Assembly (NCBI GenBank): GCA_050298595.1
Contig: JBNKUM010000028.1
Location: forward strand, 1 to 64,000
Origin: Gammaproteobacteria bacterium
GTDB lineage: Bacteria > Pseudomonadota > Gammaproteobacteria > GCA-001735895
Length of the DNA stretch: 64,000 nucleotides
Reading direction: 5' to 3'
Made by a program: the position numbers and the translations under genes. Shown here piece by piece: positions 40,605 through 50,347 of this stretch; position 1 is the stretch's first letter; each line of letters starts with the position of its first letter. The notes beneath the pieces were generated by a model, which searched no databases, was not told where the DNA came from, and saw only the letters and a list, made by a program, of their open reading frames with translations.

Positions 40605-41484
40605 CGATCAGTTCCGGCCTAAAATTCATACCTTGATACTGCACCTTACTTGCTGCAAGTTTATTGGCATAGGTCAGCGCCTGTTTAAACGCCAGCTGCT
40701 GACTTAGTCGACTAATGAGTCCTGCAATAAAGCAATCTCCCGCACCAATACTATCAATAACCTTATCAACAGCTACTGCTTCCATTTTAATAAGCCCAGC
40801 TTCAACGGTTCGAGCGACCAGGCCCTTACTTCCCTGCGTACACACGACTTTAAGCTTAGGATTAATTTCAGCGAATTCATTGATGCAGGCCTGTGTACTT
40901 ATCTGTCGCTGCCTTAGATAATCATCGGAAACGATGACTACGTTGACATAGGGCAACAGCTTTTCGATGTGCTCGCGTGGTTTTTCGATTTCCAGTGAAA
41001 TGGGTACACCATAACGATTTTGTAATACTGGTAAATAATCAAGCAATACCGGGATATTTCTACCCTCAAAATGTATCCATTGATAGGCTTCTGCCTGTAT
41101 GAGTGTTAGCTGCTGTAATGAAAGCTCGGGTAGATCACGATAGTGGCAGATGGTCCTGCTGCCGTTGCTGGTGTTTAGCCAGATACTGGAAATTGGTGTG
41201 ATGCTGTCTTTTTCCGATGAGCATTGTGAAGTTCCGATTGATCTATCTTCTAGCTGCTGACGTATCCAGTTGGCATCGGCATCATCGGCCAGTTGGCTCA
41301 TAAGCTCAACTTCATGCCCCAGTCTGGATAGGATACTGGCTGTATTACAGGCATTGCCTCCAAGTTGTCGCAAATGTGCCTGAGCGCGAAATTCAGCATC
41401 CTGCTGTGGAAATTGATCAATTTTCCAGATCTGGTCCAGGATGCAATTGCCCACTATGAGCAATCTGGGTAAATGAGTATGCAA
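40597..41484 (-). CDS. PfkB-family kinase, ketohexokinase-like
   Basis: 'GGNACN', 'GSRTI', 'WIHFEGRN', 'EIEKPRE', 'DSIGAGDCF'; TTG start with GGAG. Confidence 0.85.
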   Translation of the reverse strand: MHTHLPRLLIVGNCILDQIWKIDQFPQQDAEFRAQAHLRQLGGNACNTASILSRLGHEVELMSQLADDADANWIRQQLEDRSIGTSQCSSEKDSITPISSIWLNTSNGSRTICHYRDLPELSLQQLTLIQAEAYQWIHFEGRNIPVLLDYLPVLQNRYGVPISLEIEKPREHIEKLLPYVNVVIVSDDYLRQRQISTQACINEFAEINPKLKVVCTQGSKGLVARTVEAGLIKMEAVAVDKVIDSIGAGDCFIAGLISRLSQQLAFKQALTYANKLAASKVQYQGMNFRPELIDE

Positions 41485-41579
41485 AATATCTCCACTTTAA
41501 CTGGAAACCTGTAGTATAAATTCTACAATACTCTCAGCTATACTCTTTCCGACAATAAAACCAATCAGCAGGTATCCCG

Positions 41580-43118
41580 GTGTCAGACGATAAGGACTGG
41601 AAATCAAAATATTTTACCAGCCTCAAAGAGCTTGAAGAGATGGAGAAATCCTGGGCCAGGCTTGAGGATATGCTGCGTAAAACCATTTCCAGGGTAACCA
41701 TTACTGCCAAGGGTATAGATCCACAACTGGATCGAATTCTAAACGATATACAGAATCATACACGCAATAAAAAAGATCTGGAGTTACAGAACGATCTGGA
41801 AAATCTGGCACAGACTCTGTTGCGTATTGAGGAAAAGCCCTCCAGCAAGGAAGAACTTCCCGAAATCGATACCGATATCAGCCATGATGTCGATGAAAGC
41901 AGTTTTACACTGGCTCTTATTGACCAACTTCAGGTATCGGAGGAACAGCAGTCTCAGCTTGACCAACTGCGTAATAAGTTACCCGGAATTTCCCCCGAAA
42001 GTTGCCTGGCCGAACTGGCTGTATTGATCAACAGGCTCCTGCAAATTGAGGCATCTGAAACTGAAGATAAGAGCAAAAGCTTTGAGGTATTAATCTCTTT
42101 GATCGAAAAAATCACCTTCAGTTTCGGCAATACGGCGGAGCTGGATGTGTTAACCGAAAGGCTGGAAAATGCGGGTAAGGATGACAACTGGCGTGATTAT
42201 CTGGATCAAATTATCAAACAAATCCGTGTCATTATGCATGGTATCAGCAATGAGAAGATTGAGTTAGAGGGTCTAATCGTTGACGTGACGCGTCAACTTG
42301 GCGAGATTTCAAGTGCTCTCAACGATGAGCATCAGGATACTCTCGAAGGACGTAAGGAAACTCAGCAGCTGCAGCAGATTATGGATAAAAGCGTGCATAA
42401 CATCCAGCAAAAGGTGCAATCTGAAACGGATATCACGCAACTTAAATCGGCTATCAGTGATAACCTGATATCGATTAAAACAAGCCTGCAGGAGTTTGTT
42501 GTACATGATTCAAAGCGTTTTGAGAAAGCTGAATTACGTAACCAGAAGTTGCGGCAACAAATTCAATACATGGAACAGGAATCTGAACAGCTGAAAAAGA
42601 AACTCAGCGAAAACCGAAAAAAGCTGATGTTCGACACGCTTACCGGGGTGCGCAATCGTCTGTCATACGACGAAATACTGGAGCAGGAGCTTTCTCGCTA
42701 TGCACGATACCGTGAAACCTTTAGCTATGCACTGCTGGATATTGACCACTTCAAGCGTATCAACGATGAATACGGGCACAATGCCGGTGATAAGGCATTG
42801 CAGATTGTCGCGCAGATGATGTCAAGGAATATCCGCAAAACCGATTTTCTATTTCGCATAGGTGGCGAAGAGTTCGTGCTGATTTTACCTAAAACAGCTC
42901 TGGAGAGTGCTGCGCCACTGGTTGAAAAGATTCGCAAATCAGTGGGAGAAACAAACTTTCATTTCAAGCAGCAAAAGGTCAATATCAGCCTTTCTGTCGG
43001 GCTTAGCTGTATACGCTCAAATGATACGGCTGTATCAATATACGAACGCGCAGATAATGCACTCTATCAGGCAAAGAATTCCGGCCGTGATAAACTGGTT
43101 GTGACTAAGCCTGAATGA
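41580..43118 (+). CDS. Cytoplasmic coiled-coil diguanylate cyclase
   Basis: 'DWKSKY' N-terminus, coiled coil, 'DIDHFK', RKTD + GGEEF. Confidence 0.92.
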   Translation: MSDDKDWKSKYFTSLKELEEMEKSWARLEDMLRKTISRVTITAKGIDPQLDRILNDIQNHTRNKKDLELQNDLENLAQTLLRIEEKPSSKEELPEIDTDISHDVDESSFTLALIDQLQVSEEQQSQLDQLRNKLPGISPESCLAELAVLINRLLQIEASETEDKSKSFEVLISLIEKITFSFGNTAELDVLTERLENAGKDDNWRDYLDQIIKQIRVIMHGISNEKIELEGLIVDVTRQLGEISSALNDEHQDTLEGRKETQQLQQIMDKSVHNIQQKVQSETDITQLKSAISDNLISIKTSLQEFVVHDSKRFEKAELRNQKLRQQIQYMEQESEQLKKKLSENRKKLMFDTLTGVRNRLSYDEILEQELSRYARYRETFSYALLDIDHFKRINDEYGHNAGDKALQIVAQMMSRNIRKTDFLFRIGGEEFVLILPKTALESAAPLVEKIRKSVGETNFHFKQQKVNISLSVGLSCIRSNDTAVSIYERADNALYQAKNSGRDKLVVTKPE

Positions 43119-43341
43119 TTTCCTGCGGAGTTTTTGCAACAATCGTTAAGGCATGTAATGCGCCTGAGGCAATATCGTCATTAACGCAGGCGTAAACAAG
43201 TTTGTGTCGTTTAATAGGGGTCAGTCCGGCAAATTGCTCGCTAACTACCTGGGCGGTAAATTTACCTTCATCGCCAGTAACTGAAACTTCTGCATCAGGC
43301 ATACCCTGTATAATTTTTTGCTCGATGTGTTGTGGTGTCAT
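43105..43341 (-). CDS. BolA/IbaG-family protein
   Basis: 'VVSEQFAG...RHKLVY...LHAL...TP'. Confidence 0.9.
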   Translation of the reverse strand: MTPQHIEQKIIQGMPDAEVSVTGDEGKFTAQVVSEQFAGLTPIKRHKLVYACVNDDIASGALHALTIVAKTPQEIIQA

Positions 43342-43396
43342 AGAATCTAATTATTGTTAAAACAGAAATATAGTATCAATTCATTCGGAAATAACC

Positions 43397-43801
43397 ATGC
43401 AAAAATTAATAATCAGCCTGTTGTTACTGATTTTCACCTTACCGCTGTTTGCAGCCGATGAGCCAGAGAAGCCTGAATTGACGCCTGGTTACATTTCTAT
43501 GGGTGAAGCTATGGTACTTAATCTGGCCACGGATAGCACTCGCTCGTCTTTTGTTCAATTAAAAGCGGATGTTCTGGTCAGGGATGAGAATAGTAGTGAT
43601 CTGGTAAAATTACATATGCCTGCTTTGCGTCATCAGCTTATTCTGATGATGAGTGAGCAGGATGCTGCCAAAATGAAGTCACCCGTCGAGCGCGAAAAGC
43701 TGCGTAAACAGATTACCGATAAGATTCGAAGTGTATATAAAGAACTGGTTGGTAAAGATGATATTGATGAAGTTTTGTTTTCCAGTTTCCTGGTGCAATA
43801 A
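43397..43801 (+). CDS. FliL-family protein (orphan)
   Basis: Signal/TM, 'VLNL', 'HMPALRH', 'VLFSSFLVQ'. Confidence 0.85.
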   Translation: MQKLIISLLLLIFTLPLFAADEPEKPELTPGYISMGEAMVLNLATDSTRSSFVQLKADVLVRDENSSDLVKLHMPALRHQLILMMSEQDAAKMKSPVEREKLRKQITDKIRSVYKELVGKDDIDEVLFSSFLVQ

Positions 43802-43859
43802 GCGTATGATCCTGGTGAAGTTTAGTTCTGCAGCACTTGTTAACTATTAATACTTGAAG

Positions 43860-44909
43860 ATGCTGAAGATATATCCGGTAAAACGCTTCTTCATTTCAGC
43901 AGTTTTTTTTATTCTATCTACACCACTCTTTGCAAATCCGCCATCCAGTTTTGAAAAAGATTTTGAGCAGAGCTTTAACGATGCTCCATTAGAACGTGAA
44001 ATTCAACATCCTGAATGGTTCAAGGAGTCCTTTCTTGATCTTAGAGAAGACCTTCAACAGGCAAAAGCGGAAGGTAAACAGGGCATCGCTTTATATTTTG
44101 GCCAGGAGCATTGCGCCTATTGCAAAGCACTTATGGAAATAAATTTGACTAAACCAGATATCGTTAAATACGTAAGAGATCACTATGAAATTATTACGCT
44201 AGATATCTGGGGAAGTCGCATGCTTACCCTGTTTGATGGCAGAGAAATCAGCGAACGAGATCTGGCGATAAGTGAAAACACCAACTTTACTCCATCAATT
44301 ATCTTTTATAACGACGTCGGTGATATAGCTTTTCGGATGCGTGGTTATTACCCACCTTATCGCTTTCAGGCCATGCTCACATACATTGTTGAAGGCTTTT
44401 ATAAATTTGAAAGCTTCCGTGATTATATGGAACGCGCTGACCCACCACCAAAATTCTCACAGGAAGATCTGAATGAACATGAGCAGCTACTGAAAGGCCC
44501 TGTTATTCTGGATAGACGAGCCACAGCGGGTAGTAAACCACTGGCCGTTATTTTCGAACAGAAAGAATGTCATGCCTGCGATCAGTTACATTCAGAGCCC
44601 CTTAACAATGAAATCACCCTGCAATGGTTAGCCGGATTTGAATTACGACAGCTTGATGCTTGGTCTGAAACTCCAGTTATGACACCCACAGGTGAAAAAA
44701 TCACCGCACGTGACTGGGCCGATAAGCTGGACATACATTACATGCCAACCACGGTCTTTTTTAATGAACAGGGTGAAGAAATTTTGCGTATCGATTCAGT
44801 GGTTAAGCTCTATCGAATGCGCAGTATTCTTAGTTATATTCTTACCAAAGGATATCAAAAATACGACAGCTTTCAGCAATGGCGTCGTTATAGCGATATA
44901 CAACGTTAA
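43860..44909 (+). CDS. Periplasmic double thioredoxin-fold protein (SoxW-like)
   Basis: Signal peptide; 'PEWFKESFLDLREDL'; CAYC and CHAC motifs; cis-Pro 'FTP' and 'MPT'. Confidence 0.8.
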   Translation: MLKIYPVKRFFISAVFFILSTPLFANPPSSFEKDFEQSFNDAPLEREIQHPEWFKESFLDLREDLQQAKAEGKQGIALYFGQEHCAYCKALMEINLTKPDIVKYVRDHYEIITLDIWGSRMLTLFDGREISERDLAISENTNFTPSIIFYNDVGDIAFRMRGYYPPYRFQAMLTYIVEGFYKFESFRDYMERADPPPKFSQEDLNEHEQLLKGPVILDRRATAGSKPLAVIFEQKECHACDQLHSEPLNNEITLQWLAGFELRQLDAWSETPVMTPTGEKITARDWADKLDIHYMPTTVFFNEQGEEILRIDSVVKLYRMRSILSYILTKGYQKYDSFQQWRRYSDIQR

Positions 44910-45799
44910 TCCCTGATCAATTGTCTTCTTTTATTAATCGATCCCAGTGTGAATACGATCAGTCCGGCCCAGATAAAACAGAAACCGATAAATTGATCAT
45001 GACTGAAAGGTTCTTTTAATATAAACAGGGCGATAAAGAATTGCATCGTAGGGTTTATATACATCATGAACCCTATAATCGATAGCGTGAGTTTTTTGGT
45101 GGCTGAAGCAAACAGTAATAAAGGTATTGATGTGACCGCCCCACAGGCTAACAGTAACAGGGTAAAGCGATCGGGCGCCTGATAAAAATGGTCTGCGTTA
45201 TGCTGAATGAGATAAAACCAGTACGAGATGGCAAGGGGAAACATTAAACCAGTTTCAATCGTTAAGCCGGTTAAGGTATCTACCTCCAGTCGTTTTCTCA
45301 CCAGACCATACAGTCCAAAACTGGTGGCCAGGGTTATCGAGACCCAGGGCAGATAACCGAGCCTGACCACCAGCCAGATAATCCCTAAAGCGGCAAAAAC
45401 GATAGCGAGTTGCTGTTTTCGATTTAATCTTTCCTGCAGAAATACCCGAGCCAGAAAAACACTCACCAGAGGTGTCAGAAAATAACCCAGGCTGGATTCA
45501 ACCACACGACCCTGGCTTACCGCCCAGATATAGATCAGCCAGTTTAAACTGACCAGCAAGGCAGAGAATACCAGTCCTTGTATCAAAGCTGGTTTGCGTA
45601 TTGCCTCTATTAGACGTCGATGCCAGCCCTTCACCATCAGGATTACTAGCACAAATACAAACGACCAGATTACGCGATGTAACAGTACCTCGGTTGAGGG
45701 GACATCACGCAGCAAATGGAAAAACAGGGGAAAGATTCCCCACATGCTGTAAGCCAGAAAGCCATACAGCAAACCCTGTGTGGTTTGCGAAATTCTCAA
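44906..45799 (-). CDS. rarD: EamA-family transporter RarD
   Basis: 'AY.MWGIFP', 'HRVIWS', 'SLGYF..P', 'YGLVRK', 'YINPT'. Confidence 0.9.
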   Translation of the reverse strand: MRISQTTQGLLYGFLAYSMWGIFPLFFHLLRDVPSTEVLLHRVIWSFVFVLVILMVKGWHRRLIEAIRKPALIQGLVFSALLVSLNWLIYIWAVSQGRVVESSLGYFLTPLVSVFLARVFLQERLNRKQQLAIVFAALGIIWLVVRLGYLPWVSITLATSFGLYGLVRKRLEVDTLTGLTIETGLMFPLAISYWFYLIQHNADHFYQAPDRFTLLLLACGAVTSIPLLLFASATKKLTLSIIGFMMYINPTMQFFIALFILKEPFSHDQFIGFCFIWAGLIVFTLGSINKRRQLIRD

Positions 45800-45811
45800 C
45801 TGTTTATCCTG

Positions 45812-46177
45812 TTATTTGGCGTCGGATTTTAGAATAAAGTTTTCCAGTGCCTTATCGGTGCCAAAAATATGGCTGCGTAGCCACTCGCGTAGAAATTCAG
45901 CCAGCGCTGCACAGAATTTAATATCGTAGGTATGGCATTCCCTGATCATTAAATCCAGCTCAGACCTGAACTTGTCGTGCTCGCATTTGTGTGCTTCATA
46001 ATGTGGAAACTCGAGTTTGATCATATACTCTTCTTCAAGTGTAAAATGATTTTCAGCAAATTCATTTAAGCGTCTAAATATAGATTTATCACCATGCCCA
46101 GTCTCTAACTGATCTATGAGTTCAAATAGTACCCGATGTTGTTTATCTTGCCAGATTAGATCACTGGTTTTTTTCAT
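45812..46177 (-). CDS. Single-domain bacteriohemerythrin
   Basis: H...HFxxEE...HxxEH...HIxxxD di-iron ligands; GGAG RBS before MKKT. Confidence 0.9.
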   Translation of the reverse strand: MKKTSDLIWQDKQHRVLFELIDQLETGHGDKSIFRRLNEFAENHFTLEEEYMIKLEFPHYEAHKCEHDKFRSELDLMIRECHTYDIKFCAALAEFLREWLRSHIFGTDKALENFILKSDAK

Positions 46178-46284
46178 TGTATGCTCCACAGGTTAATTCT
46201 TTATATCAGGCATTTCTATCATGGCAAATTCTTTTTTCTCATACTAGATATACTCTTAGCTGGCGACTTTTTTACTGTATATAA

Positions 46285-46908
46285 ATGCATAAGTTACATA
46301 ATTTTCTGCTGCTAGGCAGTGGCTCTCATTTTACCTGTCAGGTTCTCAAAACGCTGTTATCCAGCGATTGCTTCCCTGTTGCCTATGTACAATACGGATG
46401 CCAAATACCCGATACCCCCAGTTATTTTGAAAATATTCCGATTGAAAGCTCTCGCCCATTGACACCTGTTACTGCTTTGATCAATCCCTACGATATTGCC
46501 TGCTACTATCAAAATTCTCTACAGCTTGCCGACTGGGTTCAGCAAAAGAATATAGACTTTTTACTGGTCGCCTGCTGGCCTGAGCTTATCTCTGCTGAGG
46601 TTATTTACAGTGTCAATTGTGCTGCTGTTAATATTCATCCCTCATTGTTGCCCACATTTCGCGGTTTTGATCCGATAAGCGATCAGCTTAACTCTGGAAG
46701 TTCTTCATTTGGAGTGAGCTTACACCTGCTGAATGAATCATTTGATTGCGGTGACATCGTATTGCAGGAGGTTGTAAAGTCTGATGCTACAGCAACAAGA
46801 TTAGAAATTGAAGCGCGCTGCGCAAAAAAAGGGGCACAGCTATTTATTCGTGCGCTGCAGACATATTCAATGCCTGGGTGGCATTTAATAAAACAGTCCG
46901 AACAGTAA
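46285..46908 (+). CDS. Formyltransferase N-domain protein
   Basis: 'NIHPSLLP.FRG.DP', 'H.L...FDCG'; lacks the Fmt C-domain. Confidence 0.85.
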   Translation: MHKLHNFLLLGSGSHFTCQVLKTLLSSDCFPVAYVQYGCQIPDTPSYFENIPIESSRPLTPVTALINPYDIACYYQNSLQLADWVQQKNIDFLLVACWPELISAEVIYSVNCAAVNIHPSLLPTFRGFDPISDQLNSGSSSFGVSLHLLNESFDCGDIVLQEVVKSDATATRLEIEARCAKKGAQLFIRALQTYSMPGWHLIKQSEQ

Positions 46909-46936
46909 AAAAAGAAAGCCGCATTAAGCGGCTTTC
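46907..46936 (-). terminator. Terminator of glcB (possibly bidirectional)
   Basis: GAAAGCCGC-attaa-GCGGCTTTC with an A-run on the left. Confidence 0.8.
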
Positions 46937-46959
46937 CCTGAACTTTAAGTGACAAAATA

Positions 46960-49134
46960 TCAGACCTGTTTTGCTTTTAATCGGTACTTTTGCAACAGGT
47001 CTTCGGTATATCCATTAGCGGATTCAGCACCCTGTAAAACCAGTTGCAAAGCCGCTTCAAATGCAACACCGTCAAATTTCGGTGCCATATTCCTGTAACC
47101 CGGCGTTGTGCTATTTTGCTTATCAACCACCTTGGCCATACGCTTAAAAGTTTCGACTAGCTGTTGTTCAGTACATATGCCGTGTAATAGCCAGTTTGCC
47201 ATATGCTGGCTGGATATACGGAGCGTAGCGCGATCTTCCATCAGGCCAACATCATGGATATCGGGAACCTTGGAACAACCTACACCCTGATCTATCCATT
47301 TCACTACATAACCCAATATGCCCTGGGCATTATTATCAAGTTCCTGCTGGATTTCACTGTCAGATAATTTACGCTTTTTAGGTAATAAAGGAACCGTCAA
47401 TATATGATCTATATTGGCACGATTTCTCAGTTTAATCTTTTGCTGTTCCTGTTTCACATTAACACTATGGTAATGCAAGGCATGTATTACCGCTGCGGTA
47501 GGTGAGGGAACCCATGCGCAATTTGCTCCGGCTTCCGGGTGTACCTGTTTACTGTCGTACATGGCTTTGATTTGGTCTGGTACCGCCCACATACCTTTAC
47601 CTATCTGCGCAACGCCATCCAGCCCACACATTAATCCGGTGTCAACATTCCAGTTTTCATAGGCTTCCATCCAGCGTTCACCTTTGATTTCTCCTTTTGG
47701 TAGCATGGCACCAATCTTCATGCTGGTATGAATTTCATCGCCGGTACGATCAAGGAATCCGGTATTAATAAAAATAACTCTTTCCTTAGCCTCTCTGATA
47801 CATTCTTTCAGGTTTACAGTGGTTCTTCTTTCTTCATCCATAATACCGATTTTTACGGTATTTTTCGGCAGACTGTAGGCCTCTTCAATGGCATCAAATA
47901 AGCGGCAGGTAAAAGCTACTTCTTCTGGGCCATGCATCTTCGGCTTTACGATATAGATGCTTTTTGTACGGCTATTATTGTATGCATGACGCTTACAGAT
48001 ATCGTACAACGAAATCAACACCGTGATTAATCCGTCGACCAGGCCTTCCGGCATCATTTGATCTTTTGCATCCAGCACCAGATCAGTCTTCATATGCATG
48101 CCTGTATTCCGCACTAGCATCAAACTGCGCCCTGGCAGGCTGAATGGCTCACCCTTCTTATTGCAGTATTCACGATTTGCGTTTAATACTCTGGTAAATG
48201 ATTTGCCATCCTTGCGCATTTCAAAACACAGTTCGCCATGCACTAATAGTCTCCAGTTACGATAGACCAGCATTTTATCTTCTGTATCTACCGCTGCTAC
48301 TGAATCTTCACAATCTTCAATGGTGGTAACCGCAGCTTCCAGAATTATATCGGTTAATCCTGCTGGATGATGCTGGCCTATGATGCTTTTCTTGTTGATT
48401 CTAAGTTCAAAATAAAGGTCATTATGAATAAATAAAAGTACCAGATCTCCGCAATGTGAATAGCCTTTAAATTGATCTGCATCCTGCAACTTGACTCTTA
48501 CACAATTGTCCAGTTTAAAGAAAGGTCGCTCTATGCCCATGATCAGTTCAAGGCCGTATTCTTTAACTTCTGCATGAGAAACGCCACCTTGTAGCGGTAG
48601 TACCTTATCCAGCCATTGGGTACAGAAATCAAATACTGCCTGACCACGCGCTTTATTGTATTGCTTACCAATAGCTGTTTCGCCTTCGTTGGCAATCATG
48701 TCGGTACCATACAGCGCATCGTATAGACTGCCCCATCTTGCATTCGCTGCATTTATTGCAAAGCGTGCATTATTGATGGGAACCACCAGTTGAGGGGCAG
48801 CTACACTTGAGATTTCACGATCAATATTTTCAATACTGACCTTAAAGTCTTCTTTTTCGGGAACGATATAACCAATTTCATTGAGAAATTGCTTATAGTT
48901 ATCCAGATCGTCTGCTTCGTATTTATTCTTCTTATGCCAGCCATCTATCTGCTGCTGGATTTCATCTCTTTTGTTTAATAACGCAGTATTCACTTCACTA
49001 AAAGTGGTCATTATGGATTCGAAATTTTCCCAATAACTCTGCGAATCCATTTCCAGTTCAGGCAAAACCTCTGTATTGACGAAATCAACCAGTGACTGTG
49101 CAACCTTAATCTTTTTTAAATGTATATATGACAT
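46960..49134 (-). CDS. glcB: Malate synthase G
   Basis: 724 aa; 'NAANARWGSLYDALYGTD', 'DCEDSVAAVD', 'KPKMHGP', 'MDEERRT', 'MEDRATLRISSQ'. Confidence 0.97.
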   Translation of the reverse strand: MSYIHLKKIKVAQSLVDFVNTEVLPELEMDSQSYWENFESIMTTFSEVNTALLNKRDEIQQQIDGWHKKNKYEADDLDNYKQFLNEIGYIVPEKEDFKVSIENIDREISSVAAPQLVVPINNARFAINAANARWGSLYDALYGTDMIANEGETAIGKQYNKARGQAVFDFCTQWLDKVLPLQGGVSHAEVKEYGLELIMGIERPFFKLDNCVRVKLQDADQFKGYSHCGDLVLLFIHNDLYFELRINKKSIIGQHHPAGLTDIILEAAVTTIEDCEDSVAAVDTEDKMLVYRNWRLLVHGELCFEMRKDGKSFTRVLNANREYCNKKGEPFSLPGRSLMLVRNTGMHMKTDLVLDAKDQMMPEGLVDGLITVLISLYDICKRHAYNNSRTKSIYIVKPKMHGPEEVAFTCRLFDAIEEAYSLPKNTVKIGIMDEERRTTVNLKECIREAKERVIFINTGFLDRTGDEIHTSMKIGAMLPKGEIKGERWMEAYENWNVDTGLMCGLDGVAQIGKGMWAVPDQIKAMYDSKQVHPEAGANCAWVPSPTAAVIHALHYHSVNVKQEQQKIKLRNRANIDHILTVPLLPKKRKLSDSEIQQELDNNAQGILGYVVKWIDQGVGCSKVPDIHDVGLMEDRATLRISSQHMANWLLHGICTEQQLVETFKRMAKVVDKQNSTTPGYRNMAPKFDGVAFEAALQLVLQGAESANGYTEDLLQKYRLKAKQV

Positions 49135-49151
49135 TACCTGCTACCTACGAA

Positions 49152-50150
49152 TTACTTTTTTGTGGGTTTACCCGACATGGAATTTAAAAACTGCTCAGCC
49201 TGTTCACGCCATTGATCCTGAAAAACCTTCCCTTTTGTCTGTAGTTCACCATCCAGATTCCTGAGCATTTCATCTGACATAGAAGCTAGTTGATTCAAAT
49301 TGTTAACACCCTGCTGGTGCAGCTTTTCATTAAATTTCTGCCCGATACCATTAAGTACCGTGAAGTCATCTGCTGCCGCTTTCAATGCTTCCTGATCTGG
49401 CGTTTTTTCACTCAATTCCCTGATTTGTTTCTGTAATGATTCTAGCTGCATTTGCATAGCATGATAGGTTTTTTCAGTGACAAGTCCCAGGCTCTGTGCG
49501 AGGGTTTCACGGTACTGCTCTTTATCATCGGCCAGTTTGGCCTGTACCATTTCCAGTTTTTTCTGTAACTCCTGATAAGCCTCGCTCGTTTTCGATTCTT
49601 CAAAAACAGATTGCGTAATCTCTGCCCACCACTGTGGCACATTGTTTAGATCCTGTTTATCCTTTTCGTTCACCTTTTTCTGCAATTTTTCCAGACTATC
49701 GATGGCTAACTGCGCCATTAAATGATTGATCTCCATCGATATCTGCTGGTAATCCTTGATTGAATTCATTAGGTCTTCTGCCTTACTACGCTCATCGTCA
49801 CTGAACAGTCCCTGCATCATGCTGATAAAAGGCGATTGCAAACTGCTCATATCGGGAACATCTGGTATCTTGAAAGGATTCTGTAACTGTGATTTAAATT
49901 GATCATTCATCTGCTGGTAGAGCGTGTTCATCGAACTCATGTCTGCCAGTGGCCAGCTATTCATCGGGTTTTGCATCTGAGCAAATGGATTGGCTGATGC
50001 ATTACCCGGCATCCAGGCCTTAAACATCTGTTCCATCGGATTTGCAGGTGCCTGTGGTTGCATCATTTGCTGTAAATTCTTCATATACTGCTGTTGCAGA
50101 TTGTACAACTGGGCCAGGTAATCCTGACCTTCATTCTTATTCTCTGGCAT
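49152..50150 (-). CDS. Degenerate PhaE-like protein fused to a C-terminal helix-hairpin-helix domain
   Basis: Q/M-rich helical N-part; 'WWAEITQSVFEE...SEAY...LGLVTEK...LESLQKQIREL' resembles the PhaE C-region; 'DDFTVLNGIGQK...LHQQGV...QLA...W.EQA' HhH (COG3743-like); divergent from phaA. Confidence 0.7.
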   Translation of the reverse strand: MPENKNEGQDYLAQLYNLQQQYMKNLQQMMQPQAPANPMEQMFKAWMPGNASANPFAQMQNPMNSWPLADMSSMNTLYQQMNDQFKSQLQNPFKIPDVPDMSSLQSPFISMMQGLFSDDERSKAEDLMNSIKDYQQISMEINHLMAQLAIDSLEKLQKKVNEKDKQDLNNVPQWWAEITQSVFEESKTSEAYQELQKKLEMVQAKLADDKEQYRETLAQSLGLVTEKTYHAMQMQLESLQKQIRELSEKTPDQEALKAAADDFTVLNGIGQKFNEKLHQQGVNNLNQLASMSDEMLRNLDGELQTKGKVFQDQWREQAEQFLNSMSGKPTKK

Positions 50151-50197
50151 TTTAACATCCCCCCTTTATATGATTGATGAGACCCTATCACTCTAAA

Positions 50198-50212
50198 TGT
50201 TGCACCGCAACA
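50198..50212. promoter_or_regulatory. Putative PhaR operator between phaE-like and phaA
   Basis: TGTTGC-acc-GCAACA palindrome with a TGC-N3-GCA core. Confidence 0.65.
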
Positions 50213-50347
50213 ATTATTCATGCTTAAATATATCGGATAATTTCAATACAAATTATGTAGCAGGACCTGTGAACACTAAATATATAAACATTGTATTTAG
50301 GGGCAGTGAATCATCCTGATAAATTAATAACAAGAGGTTTTATAACT

